From Sphingomonadales bacterium Ga0077559 (GTDB lineage: Bacteria; Pseudomonadota; Alphaproteobacteria; Sphingomonadales; Sphingomonadaceae): a stretch of DNA of 64,000 nt. Under the pieces are notes generated by a model. The model was not told the origin of the DNA. It searched no databases and saw nothing but the letters and a program-made list of their open reading frames with translations. The stretch covers positions 32,607-96,606 of the forward strand of contig LNFK01000040.1 in the NCBI GenBank assembly GCA_001464315.1, given 5' to 3'. Positions 53,199-62,900 of this stretch are shown piece by piece. The position numbers and the translations under genes were made by a program. Within the stretch, counting starts at the first letter, position 1, and each line of letters begins with the position of its first letter.

Positions 53199-54224
53199 AT
53201 GGCAGGCAAGGCCACATCATTTGATATCGCGCAGCTGGCAGGCGTATCGCAACCCACGGTGTCGCGTGCGCTTCGCGGCAGTCCCACGGTATCCGAGCAA
53301 ACGCGCAAACGCATCGAAGCCATTGCGCAGCAACTCAATTACAAGGTCGACAAGAACGCATCGAATTTGCGGCTACAGGCAACGCGGACATTGGCCTTGC
53401 TGTTCTTCGAAGATCCGACGCCCGATGAAACAGGTATAAATCCGTTCTTTCTCTCAATGCTCGGTTCGCTCACCCGAACCTGCGCGCATCGCGGGTATGA
53501 CCTCCTCATTTCATTCCAGCAGCTCTCATCGAACTGGCATGTGGATTACGAGGATAGCCGCAAGGCTGATGGAATCATACTCCTCGGCTATGGCGATTAC
53601 GAGTTATACCGGGCGAAGCTCGAGCAATTGGTGGAGCAAGGAACGCATTTTGTGCGTTGGGGCTTTGCGCAGGAAGGACAGCCCGGCACAACAATCGGAT
53701 GCGATAACTTCCGGGGTGGTCTCGATGCTGCGCGGCATCTGATGCAACATGGACGGCGCAAGATTGCCTTTCTGGGCGACGCGAGCAGCCATTATCCTGA
53801 ATTTCAGGACCGCTATCGCGGCTCGTGCGAAGCGCAAGGCGGGGAGGGCATCATCGCCAACCCCAAACTTCAAATCGATGCATTGAACTCGCAGGATGCA
53901 GGATTTGAAGCCGCGCAAACGCTGATCGCGAGCGGCGAGCAATTTGACGCGATCTTTGCAGCCAGCGACACTATAGCGATCGGCGCCATGCAGGCGCTAC
54001 GCGATCATGCAATCAACATACCCGAAGATGTCGCAATCGTCGGCTTTGACGATATTCCGGCAGCCAGTTTGACCCACCCTCCGCTGACTACCATCCAGCA
54101 AAATTACAAGCTTGCCGGCGAATTGCTGGTTGATGGCGTACTCAAGCAAATCCGGAACGAGCAGGTGCCTACCGCTTTGCTTCCAGCAAAGTTAATTGTG
54201 CGGCAATCGTGCGGCGCGCACTAG
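53199..54224 (+). CDS. LacI-family transcriptional regulator (MalR/MalI-like)
   Basis: HTH SFDIAQLAGVSQPTVSRAL, sugar-binding domain, IVGFDD, PPLTTI. Confidence 0.93.
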   Translation: MAGKATSFDIAQLAGVSQPTVSRALRGSPTVSEQTRKRIEAIAQQLNYKVDKNASNLRLQATRTLALLFFEDPTPDETGINPFFLSMLGSLTRTCAHRGYDLLISFQQLSSNWHVDYEDSRKADGIILLGYGDYELYRAKLEQLVEQGTHFVRWGFAQEGQPGTTIGCDNFRGGLDAARHLMQHGRRKIAFLGDASSHYPEFQDRYRGSCEAQGGEGIIANPKLQIDALNSQDAGFEAAQTLIASGEQFDAIFAASDTIAIGAMQALRDHAINIPEDVAIVGFDDIPAASLTHPPLTTIQQNYKLAGELLVDGVLKQIRNEQVPTALLPAKLIVRQSCGAH

Positions 54225-54237
54225 CTCTGCGCTTCCT

Positions 54238-54248
54238 TATACGTATGC
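54238..54248. promoter_or_regulatory. Second candidate LacI operator, upstream of the MFS gene
   Basis: TATACGTATGC; same ATACGTAT core, ~90 bp before the MFS start. Confidence 0.55.
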
Positions 54249-54336
54249 GTAACCGCTAAACCGGCGTCCTGCCATTGCAGGGTTTCTTTGTTTCTGTCAG
54301 CGTCTCCTGACAATAACACCTTGGGAGAGGGCGTCA

Positions 54337-55827
54337 GTGGAAAAACCACGTCAGGGATACAGAGGGCTGTGGAATATCAGCTTCGGCTTTTTCGGTATTC
54401 AGATCGGCTTTGCCCTTCAGAACGGTAACATGTCGCGTATTTTCCAATCGCTCGGCACCAGCCTTGATGATTTGCCTGCACTTTGGATTGCGGCGCCGCT
54501 AACCGGGCTATTGGTGCAGCCGCTTATCGGTCATTTCAGCGACCGAACTTGGTTCGGCAGACTTGGCCGCCGCCGTCCCTATTTCCTTGCGGGCGCTATT
54601 CTCGCGGCATTGTCTTTGCTCGCGATGCCAATGGCGGAAGTCCTGTTGTTCGCCGCTGTAATGCTATGGGTTTTGGACGCATCGCTTAACATTTCGATGG
54701 AGCCGTTTCGTGCATTTGTCGGCGATATGTTGCGCAAGGATCAGCACACGGCAGGCTATGCCGTGCAGACCGCATTCATCGGCGCTGGCGCAGTGGTAGG
54801 TTCGGTCTTTCCTTATCTGCTCGACGCATGGGGCGTGGCGAACGTCGCGCCAGACGGGCAGATCCCGGACACCGTCAAATTTAGTTTCTGGTTCGGCGGC
54901 GTTGCTTTGTTTCTGGCCGTGATGTGGACCATCTTGACCACGAAAGAATATAGCCCGGCCGAAATGGAGGCTTTCGACGGACCGCCAGCCGATAGCGGTG
55001 CCACAATCCGCGCCTTGGCCGCACGGTCGACGGGTGGTGCAGGGATTTGGATCATTGCAGGCGCTGTGGTCGCTGCGCTGGTGCCATTGGGTGGTCTGGA
55101 GAAGGAAGTCTATCTGCTCGGAGCCTTGCTGGCGGGTTATGGCATCGCCAGCCTGCTAGCCATCAACCTCGCGAAATCGGGCCGCGACAATAATGTGCTC
55201 TCCCACATCGTGGGCGATTTTTCCGGAATGCCCGACATCATGAAAAAGCTCGCATTGGCGCAGTTTTTCAGCTGGTCGGCATTGTTCATCATGTGGATTT
55301 ATACCACGCCTGTGGTGGCGCAATATATGTTCGGTTCGGCTGACCCGAACAGCGCAGCTTATGGCGAAGGTGGCAACTGGGTCGGCACCTTATTCGCCAT
55401 ATACAACGGCGTGGCTGCCCTTGCTGCGCTGTTCGTGCTGCCAACGCTGGCCAAGAAAATCGGTAAAGTGAACACGCATATCATCTGCTTGCTGGCAGGC
55501 GCGGCGGGCTATGCCAGCTTTCTGTTCATTCGCGATCCCAATCTACTCATCGTGTCTGAAATCGGCGTGGGCATCGCCTGGGCATCGATCCTTGCTATGC
55601 CATACGCTATCTTGGCCTCCAGCTTGCCGCAAAACAAACTCGGCATCTATATGGGTCTGTTCAACGTGTTCATCGTAATGCCGCAACTGCTCGTGGCAAC
55701 CGTGATGGGAAGCATATTGAAAGCATTTTTCCCAACCGAACCGATCTGGACCATGGCCTTTGCCGCCGTGGTCATGGCACTAGCGGCACTCGCCATGTTG
55801 CGCGTGAAAGAAGAGGCGTCAGATTGA
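54337..55827 (+). CDS. MFS sugar transporter (maltose/sucrose, GPH-like)
   Basis: GFFGIQIGFALQ, GHFSDRTW.RLGRRRPY, MEPFRAFVGD, GIYMGLFN. Confidence 0.9.
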   Translation: MEKPRQGYRGLWNISFGFFGIQIGFALQNGNMSRIFQSLGTSLDDLPALWIAAPLTGLLVQPLIGHFSDRTWFGRLGRRRPYFLAGAILAALSLLAMPMAEVLLFAAVMLWVLDASLNISMEPFRAFVGDMLRKDQHTAGYAVQTAFIGAGAVVGSVFPYLLDAWGVANVAPDGQIPDTVKFSFWFGGVALFLAVMWTILTTKEYSPAEMEAFDGPPADSGATIRALAARSTGGAGIWIIAGAVVAALVPLGGLEKEVYLLGALLAGYGIASLLAINLAKSGRDNNVLSHIVGDFSGMPDIMKKLALAQFFSWSALFIMWIYTTPVVAQYMFGSADPNSAAYGEGGNWVGTLFAIYNGVAALAALFVLPTLAKKIGKVNTHIICLLAGAAGYASFLFIRDPNLLIVSEIGVGIAWASILAMPYAILASSLPQNKLGIYMGLFNVFIVMPQLLVATVMGSILKAFFPTEPIWTMAFAAVVMALAALAMLRVKEEASD

Positions 55828-58800
55828 CGGCTGCTCGGTTTCCTGCGCCTTGATCTCTTTTGCGAGGCGGCGAGATACAGCATCGGGCGAACTCGTATAC
55901 CGGGCCAGCCGAGAATAAATCAGCGGGATCAGCACCAGGGTAATCAGCGTCGCTAGCGTCACGCCAAATACGATAACTACGCCGATGGCCGAGCGCGCTG
56001 CACCGCCAGCACCGCCAGCAATTGCCAAGGGTATTGCACCGAATACTGTCGCGATCGACGTCATGAGGATAGGCCGCAAGCGCCGCGTGGCAGCTTCCTG
56101 TACGGCTTCAACAATCTCCTTGCCTTCATCGCGAAGCTGATTGGCAAATTCGACGATTAGAATCCCGTTCTTGGCAGCAAGGCCGACAAGCATCACCACG
56201 CCAATCTGGCTGTACAGGTTCAGCGTCGTGCCAGTCAGCGCCAATCCGACAAGACCTCCGCCGACTGCCAATGGCACGGTCGTGATAATCGTCGCCGGAT
56301 GTACGAAACTCTCAAACTGCGCGGCCAAAACGAGATAAACCAAAACAATCGTAAGCACAAAAATCAAGATGATCGAGCCACCGGTTTCCTTGAAGGCCTG
56401 GCTCTCACCACGATATCCAACCGCCAGAATTTCCGGCGCAGCGCGCGCTTCATCTTCGAGGAAGGTAAGCGCCTCTCCCATCGTGTAGCCCGGTGCCAAT
56501 CCGCCGGATAGCGTGATGGCGCGCAATTTATTAAAGCGGCCCAGATCGCGCGCGCCAGCTGTTTCGGAATAGGTAACCAGATTGGCAAGCGACACCAGCG
56601 AACCATCACGTGACCGGACCTGAATTGCCGCCAGATTTTCGGGGGATGCGCGGTCCTCTGCATCGGCCTGAACGATAACGCGATATTCTTCGCCACGATC
56701 AACATAGGTCGATACCCGGCGCGAACCCAAAAGCGATTGCAGCGCCTGACTGACATCGGCGACTGACACGCCGAGATCGCCCGCGCGCGTTGTATCGACC
56801 GCAATTTCCATCTGCGGTTTGGTTTCCTTATAATCGGAATCGAGGTTCACGATGCCGGGATTATTGCTCGCCGCGGCCAAGATCCTGTCGCGCGCGATGC
56901 TGAGCGATTCATAAGTCGACCCGGCGATGACAAAGTTCAACGGCTGCCCCCGACCCCGCCCGAGCGAGGACCGCGCCGATGCATTGCCGCGCACTGCGGG
57001 CAGGTCGGCGAGAATTTTGTTAACCTGCGATACAACATCATCAGTCGTTTCGGTCCGCTCTTCCCATGGTTTCAGGAAGATAACGAATGTACCACTGTTA
57101 AAATCATCACTGGCGCTAAATCCGCCGGGAGTTCGCTGAATGATCGAACGGACGGTTCCCTTTTCCAACAACCCGAGCACCGGTTTTGATGCGTCGAGCA
57201 TATATTTGTCCATCGCGGCATAGCCTGTGCCTTCAGGTGCCGAGATATTGGCGCTTAATATCCCGACATCTTCGGCGGGTGCGAGTTCGGAATCGAGCAA
57301 CGTAAAGCAAAAAGCCGCAACCGCCAGAAATGCGCCAACGCCCAGCAGCGCGAAGAGCGGCTTGGTGATGACGCGGGTGAGCAATTTGCTATATGAGTTT
57401 TCAATCCGGCCAAAACGGTCGTCGACCCATTGGGCTAGCTTTCCGCGTTTTTCGTTCCGCAGCAATTTAGAACACAGCATTGGCGCAAGGCTGAGCGCGA
57501 CAAAGCCCGAAAAAGCAATCGCTGCAATCATCGCGCCTGCTAATTCGCGGAACAGCAATCCGGTTTGCCCGGCAAGAAACATCACGGGAACGAAAACGGC
57601 GCAGACAACGATGGTCGTAGAAATGACAGCAAAGGCGACTTGCTTGGTACCCTGAACAGCCGCAACCAATGGTGGGTCGCCTTTTTCGATGCGGTGATAA
57701 ACATTTTCGAGCACTACAATGGCGTCATCGACAACAAGCCCGATCGCAAGAACCATTGCCAGTAACGTAAGCAGATTAATCGAAAATCCGAGCAGCCAAA
57801 GCACGGCAAAGGTCGCCAGCAAGCAAATAGGCACGGTAATTGCCGGAATTATGGTTGCACGCCAACTCCCCAGAAACAGGAAAATGACCAGAACCACCAA
57901 TATGGCAGCCTCGGCCAGCGTTACCCACACACCATCGATTGCCTTGCTGATGAATAACGAATCGTCCGAACCAACGGTCATTGTCATGCCGTCGGGCAAA
58001 GTTGGTTTGATGTCTTCGGCGAGTTTCTTCGCGCTTTCTGCAACCGCCAGCGTATTCGCACCCGATTGACGGACGATACCCATTCCGAGTGCTGAATTGC
58101 CGTTCAGGCGAAACGCGGCGTAGGGATTTTCAGCGCCGGTTTCGACGCGCGCGACGTCGCCCAAACGCACGAGATATCCATCGGTACCGCGTGAAACCAC
58201 CAGCTGCCGGAACTGTTCTTCATCGGCAAAAACACGGGTGACGCGCAAGGTGATGTTCTGGTCGGCCGATTCCAACCGGCCCGCCGGCAGTTCGACATTC
58301 TGACTACGCAGCGCATTTTCAACATCGGCCGGCGTCAGGCCGAGCGCTGCCAGGCGATCGGGTTGCAGCCAGACACGCATCGATGGTCGCGCTTCTCCGC
58401 CCACGAAGACACGGGCCACGCCGTCGAGCGCGGAAAAACGATCGACTAGGTTACGATCAACATAATCGCTCAATTCAAGGCGGGACCAGCCGGGCTTGGA
58501 TACAACGAGGAACAGGATAGGCGATGAATCTGCATCGACTTTACGCACTTCAGGCGCGAGAACTTCTTCGGGCAAATCATCGATTGCGCCGCCGACCCGG
58601 TCGCGAACATCATTCGCCGCGCTGTCAACGGTTCTTCCAGGTGCGAACTCGATCGTGATTGACGATTGCCCGTCGCGCGAACGCGATGTCAGCGTCTGGA
58701 TACCTTCGATTCCGGCAAGAGCATTTTCCAGCACTTGAGTGACGCGAGATTCCACGACGGTGGCAGCCGCGCCGGTGTAGTTAGTGTCCACCGAAACGAT

Positions 58801-58929
58801 TGGTGGCTCGGTGTCGGGATATTCACGTACCGGCAGGCTTAGAAATCCGACGATACCGATGAGCACCATCAAAATGGCCAGAACGGCAGCAAATACCGGG
58901 CGGCGGACTGAAATATCGGATAAGGTCAT
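55819..58929 (-). CDS. RND efflux permease (AcrB/HAE1 family)
   Basis: ISVRRPVFA, LPVREYP, GLVVDDAIVVLEN, GLAAKNGILIVEFA, RLRPILMT. Confidence 0.95.
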   Translation of the reverse strand: MTLSDISVRRPVFAAVLAILMVLIGIVGFLSLPVREYPDTEPPIVSVDTNYTGAAATVVESRVTQVLENALAGIEGIQTLTSRSRDGQSSITIEFAPGRTVDSAANDVRDRVGGAIDDLPEEVLAPEVRKVDADSSPILFLVVSKPGWSRLELSDYVDRNLVDRFSALDGVARVFVGGEARPSMRVWLQPDRLAALGLTPADVENALRSQNVELPAGRLESADQNITLRVTRVFADEEQFRQLVVSRGTDGYLVRLGDVARVETGAENPYAAFRLNGNSALGMGIVRQSGANTLAVAESAKKLAEDIKPTLPDGMTMTVGSDDSLFISKAIDGVWVTLAEAAILVVLVIFLFLGSWRATIIPAITVPICLLATFAVLWLLGFSINLLTLLAMVLAIGLVVDDAIVVLENVYHRIEKGDPPLVAAVQGTKQVAFAVISTTIVVCAVFVPVMFLAGQTGLLFRELAGAMIAAIAFSGFVALSLAPMLCSKLLRNEKRGKLAQWVDDRFGRIENSYSKLLTRVITKPLFALLGVGAFLAVAAFCFTLLDSELAPAEDVGILSANISAPEGTGYAAMDKYMLDASKPVLGLLEKGTVRSIIQRTPGGFSASDDFNSGTFVIFLKPWEERTETTDDVVSQVNKILADLPAVRGNASARSSLGRGRGQPLNFVIAGSTYESLSIARDRILAAASNNPGIVNLDSDYKETKPQMEIAVDTTRAGDLGVSVADVSQALQSLLGSRRVSTYVDRGEEYRVIVQADAEDRASPENLAAIQVRSRDGSLVSLANLVTYSETAGARDLGRFNKLRAITLSGGLAPGYTMGEALTFLEDEARAAPEILAVGYRGESQAFKETGGSIILIFVLTIVLVYLVLAAQFESFVHPATIITTVPLAVGGGLVGLALTGTTLNLYSQIGVVMLVGLAAKNGILIVEFANQLRDEGKEIVEAVQEAATRRLRPILMTSIATVFGAIPLAIAGGAGGAARSAIGVVIVFGVTLATLITLVLIPLIYSRLARYTSSPDAVSRRLAKEIKAQETEQPSI

Positions 58930-58938
58930 CCTACTTTA

Positions 58939-59988
58939 TCAGCGTCCGGTTTTGGTCGGCGCGGCGGCTGCACCCGGCTGCCTCACGCGCACCTTGGCAC
59001 CATCAGACAATTTTACCACGCCTTCGGTCACAATTTCCTGCCCGGGTGTCAACCCTTCTACAATTTCGACCAAGGCCCCGTCGCGCGCACCGGTTTTCAC
59101 AGGAATGCGCTTGGCCTTCTGCTCTGCATCTATCACATAAACAAAGCTGGTATCACCTTCGCGCACCAGCGACAATTCGGGGACGGCGAGCGCGGCGCGC
59201 GGGTTTGACTCAATCGTAACATTCACCAGCATACCCGGTTTCAACATAGCGTTGCGATTGGGAATCGTTGCGCGCAATGTAGCGGTTCGGGTCTGGACAT
59301 TGACCACCGGATCAATCGCCTGAATTCGACCTGAAAATATCACATCTGGATATGCAGCCGCTTTGGCAGTGATTGTCTGACCGACCTTGATATTGGCGAG
59401 CATCGTTTCGGGAATGGTGAAATCGAGCTTAATTGTGCCAATGTCGCTGACTGTCGCGATCTCGTCGCCAGCGCTGACTACCGCGCCGACCGAGATCCGG
59501 CGGAGCGATACATAGCCTGAAAATGGCGCGCTGATAACGCGGTCGCCGATCGATGCGCCTGCCTCCCTGGCATCTGCACGCGCTGCGGCAGCCAGCGCGG
59601 TCTGGCTATCGAGGCTTGCGTTAGTCGCAAAACCGCGACGTTGAAGTTCCTGAATCCGTCCCAGTTGCTGCTCCGCCTCACGGGCTCTTGCTTGCGCGCT
59701 AGCGAGCGATGCCGTTTCCTGACCTTGCGCCAATACTGCCAGGGTTTGTCCGCGTTTGACATAGGCGCCATCGGTGAAACCAAGCCGCGTTATCCGCTCG
59801 GTCACGGGTGCGCGTACGGACACTTGTTCATTCGCATTCGCGTTACCCACCGCGACGTACCGGTCGGCAAATTGATGCTCAGCGACAGCTCCGGTGACTA
59901 CTAAAGGCGCGGGTCGCTCACGCTTTTCCTCGCCACCACCGCAGGCAGCCAGCAACATAATCAGAAGGATGGATAAGCTACGATGCAT
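58939..59988 (-). CDS. RND periplasmic adaptor (membrane fusion lipoprotein)
   Basis: Lipobox LAAC, lipoyl-like halves, ISAPFSG, LKPGM, GLTPGQEIV. Confidence 0.93.
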   Translation of the reverse strand: MHRSLSILLIMLLAACGGGEEKRERPAPLVVTGAVAEHQFADRYVAVGNANANEQVSVRAPVTERITRLGFTDGAYVKRGQTLAVLAQGQETASLASAQARAREAEQQLGRIQELQRRGFATNASLDSQTALAAAARADAREAGASIGDRVISAPFSGYVSLRRISVGAVVSAGDEIATVSDIGTIKLDFTIPETMLANIKVGQTITAKAAAYPDVIFSGRIQAIDPVVNVQTRTATLRATIPNRNAMLKPGMLVNVTIESNPRAALAVPELSLVREGDTSFVYVIDAEQKAKRIPVKTGARDGALVEIVEGLTPGQEIVTEGVVKLSDGAKVRVRQPGAAAAPTKTGR

Positions 59989-60207
59989 GATGTTTCCGGA
60001 GATATATTCCGCAATAGCATAGGGCGTAAGCCCGTCAATAACAGCGGAAATTAGGCTAATTCAAATAATCAATGACACATGCGAGCAGTGCAAACGATTG
60101 GAGCAGGGCATGTTCCAATGCCGCAACCGTGCCCATGTATTTTGCCTTAAGTCCAGCAAATATCAAAGGTAACTTGCAGTCCCGTTTTTGTATGATAGCT
60201 ACGCATA

Positions 60208-61215
60208 ATGGGTAGCTTTCCGTTTAGTGCGATTGTCGGTCAGAATGAGATGAAGCAGGCGCTGCTGATCGCGGCGGTCGATGCGCGGATCGGCGGGGTG
60301 ATGATTTTCGGCGACCGGGGGACGGGCAAGTCCACAGCCGCACGAGCGCTTGCGGCAACTTTGCCATTGATTTCGGTTGTTGAGGGGTGCCGGTTCAACA
60401 GCGCTCCTGAGGCTATCGCGGACAGTCCCGATTATGTGCCGGGCGCTAAGATTCGCACCGTTAAGGCCAAGGTGCCTTTTGTCGACCTGCCTCTAGGTTC
60501 GACCGAAGACCGGGTGCTTGGGACGCTCGATCTGGAACGTGCGTTGGCGCATGGTGAGAAGCAGTTCGAGCCGGGGTTGCTGGCAAAGGCACATCGCGGG
60601 TTTTTGTATATCGATGAGATCAATCTGCTTGAGGATCATGTCGTCGATTTGTTGTTGGATGTTGCGGCATCGGGCGAGAATCTGGTCGAACGCGATGGCC
60701 TTTCGATCCGTCACCCGGCGCGGTTTGTGCTCGTGGGCAGTGGTAATCCGGAAGAAGGCGAATTGCGGCCCCAATTGCTTGATCGCTTCGGCCTGTCGGT
60801 TGAGGTGCGCACGCCCGAGGATATCGCCGACCGCGTCGAGATCATGAAACGCTGCGATGCGAACGAGCAGGACGGGGCTGGCTTTGCAGCGGTGTGGGCT
60901 GACGAGGATGGCAAGGTTCTAAAGCGGATTGCCAAGGCAAAGGCGGCGCTTCCTAAGGTTGAAACGCCTGAGAGCATCCTTGAAGACATGGCGACCTTGT
61001 GCAAGGCAGTGGGCGCTGACGGGCTTCGGGGTGAGCTGACATTGATGCGCGGCAGTCGTGCGCTCGCGGCGCTCGATGGCAAGAAGGTGGTCACGCGCAA
61101 GCATCTGAAAGAAATTGCGCCACTCGCACTACGTCACCGGTTGCGGCGCAATGTGCTCGACGAGACCGGATCCACCACGCGGATCGAACGCGCGCTAGAA
61201 GAACTGTTCGGGTGA
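60208..61215 (+). CDS. bchI: Magnesium chelatase ATPase subunit I
   Basis: FPFSAIVGQ, GDRGTGKST, EPGLLAKAHRGFLYIDE, GSGNPEEGELRPQLLDRFG, LRHRLRR. Confidence 0.95.
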   Translation: MGSFPFSAIVGQNEMKQALLIAAVDARIGGVMIFGDRGTGKSTAARALAATLPLISVVEGCRFNSAPEAIADSPDYVPGAKIRTVKAKVPFVDLPLGSTEDRVLGTLDLERALAHGEKQFEPGLLAKAHRGFLYIDEINLLEDHVVDLLLDVAASGENLVERDGLSIRHPARFVLVGSGNPEEGELRPQLLDRFGLSVEVRTPEDIADRVEIMKRCDANEQDGAGFAAVWADEDGKVLKRIAKAKAALPKVETPESILEDMATLCKAVGADGLRGELTLMRGSRALAALDGKKVVTRKHLKEIAPLALRHRLRRNVLDETGSTTRIERALEELFG

Positions 61216-62900
61216 GCGAAGCGGCTGCGTTGGATGCGGTCATATCGGACGCAGAATTGGCGCTTCACCTATTCGTCCGCAATCCAACGTTGTTTGGCGG
61301 CATCGTTCTTCGCGGTGATGGTCCGGTGCGCGACGAGATGGTCGCGTTCGCAAAGGACGCCATTAGCCAATTTGGTCCGGTCGCGAAAATTCCGTCCAAT
61401 GTCGATGCCGAGCGCTTACTTGGCGGGCTCGATTTAACTGCAACTCTGGCGAGCGGGCAGGGGGTGATGCGTACTGGCTTACTCGATAGTGCAGCCGGCG
61501 GCGTAGTGATCGTGCCGATGGCCGAGCGAGTCCAGTCCAACGTCGCGGCGCACATAGCGCAGGCCATGGACGGCGTCGATGTCGCGGCGATCTTGCTCGA
61601 TGATAGCCAAGAACCCGATGAAGCACCGCCAGCGGTGCTGACCGAGCGGATGGCGTTACAGTGCGACACCTCGGTCTTGCGCAGTTTTTCGCAGCATGCG
61701 GGTGCAGCGAAACCAATCGCTCTGGCAAATGTCCAACCACTCGACGACGAACAGCTCTACGCCATTGCGGCCACATCGGCAGCACTCGGCATCGGCTCAG
61801 TCCGCGCGCTGATTTTTGCAAACTCCGTAGCGCGCGCCCACGCTGCACTGAACGGGCGCGAACAAGCCATCGACGATGACATCGCAGCCGCCGTCCGGCT
61901 GGTCCTTTCGCCGCGCGCAACGCAGATACCGCAGATGGAACCCCCGCCGTCCGAGCCGGAGGACGACCAGCCGCAAGACAATGAACCCGAAGACAACAAC
62001 GAAGACCGCCAAATCGAGGATATCGACCTTGAGGACATCATGCTCGATGCCGCCGCTGCCGCGATCCCGAAGCATATCCTCGACCAGATCGATGGCGCGG
62101 CGAAACGCGGCGGCAAGGGGCAGGGCGGCAAATCGGGGCAGAAACAGAAATCGGCGCAGCGCGGTCGTCCGCTTGGGTCCCGCCCCGGCGTGCCGGGCAA
62201 TGGCAAACGCCTGTCGCTGATCGACAGCCTGCGCACTGCTGCGCCGTGGCAGAATATCCGCCGCCAACTGGCGCGCGCGGACGACACGCGCATCATCCAC
62301 ATCCGCAAATCCGACCTCCGCGTCCGCCATTACGAGCAGCGCACCGAGAGCCTGACGATCTTTGCGGTCGACGCATCCGGCTCCTCGGCGCTGTCGCGGC
62401 TGGCCGAAGCGAAGGGCGCGGTCGAGATGATGCTGGCTCAGGCCTATGTCAAACGCAGCCAGGTCGCGCTCATTGCGTTCCGGCAATCAGCTGCGGAAAT
62501 CTTGCTGCCGCCCACGCGGTCACTGACGCGGGCAAGGCGGGCGCTCGCGGCATTACCGGGCGGCGGCGGCACGCCCTTGGCGGCAGGACTAATGGCGGCG
62601 CAGCAATTGGCCGAAGCAGCTCAGCGCGCCGGGCAGACCCCGACAATTGCGATCCTCACCGACGGCAAGGGCAATGTCGCGATGGATGGCACCGCGAATC
62701 GCGCAGCGGCGATGGAGGATGCGCATCAGGCAGCGCGGAATTTCGCGGCACTCGGGCTGAATTGCATCGTCATAGACATATCCCCCCGCCCGCGTGAAGA
62801 GGCCGCCGAGCTGGCAGCCGCGCTCAACGGCCGCTATCTGCCGCTACCGCAAGCGCAAAGTGCAGCAATGGTCTCAGCGATTGAAAGCCTGAACGCGTGA
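61212..62900 (+). CDS. bchD: Magnesium chelatase subunit D
   Basis: ERLLGGLDLTATL, Pro/acidic linker, vWA/MIDAS DASGS, GGGTPL, LTDGKGN. Confidence 0.93.
   Translation: MSEAAALDAVISDAELALHLFVRNPTLFGGIVLRGDGPVRDEMVAFAKDAISQFGPVAKIPSNVDAERLLGGLDLTATLASGQGVMRTGLLDSAAGGVVIVPMAERVQSNVAAHIAQAMDGVDVAAILLDDSQEPDEAPPAVLTERMALQCDTSVLRSFSQHAGAAKPIALANVQPLDDEQLYAIAATSAALGIGSVRALIFANSVARAHAALNGREQAIDDDIAAAVRLVLSPRATQIPQMEPPPSEPEDDQPQDNEPEDNNEDRQIEDIDLEDIMLDAAAAAIPKHILDQIDGAAKRGGKGQGGKSGQKQKSAQRGRPLGSRPGVPGNGKRLSLIDSLRTAAPWQNIRRQLARADDTRIIHIRKSDLRVRHYEQRTESLTIFAVDASGSSALSRLAEAKGAVEMMLAQAYVKRSQVALIAFRQSAAEILLPPTRSLTRARRALAALPGGGGTPLAAGLMAAQQLAEAAQRAGQTPTIAILTDGKGNVAMDGTANRAAAMEDAHQAARNFAALGLNCIVIDISPRPREEAAELAAALNGRYLPLPQAQSAAMVSAIESLNA

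Noticed and set aside
59989-60207. PpsR (TGT-N12-ACA) sites upstream of bchI
   Set aside because: I checked each TGT and ACA in the interval and none has the 12-bp spacing. Only a weak ATTGGA/TCCAAT inverted repeat (60097-60119) is present.
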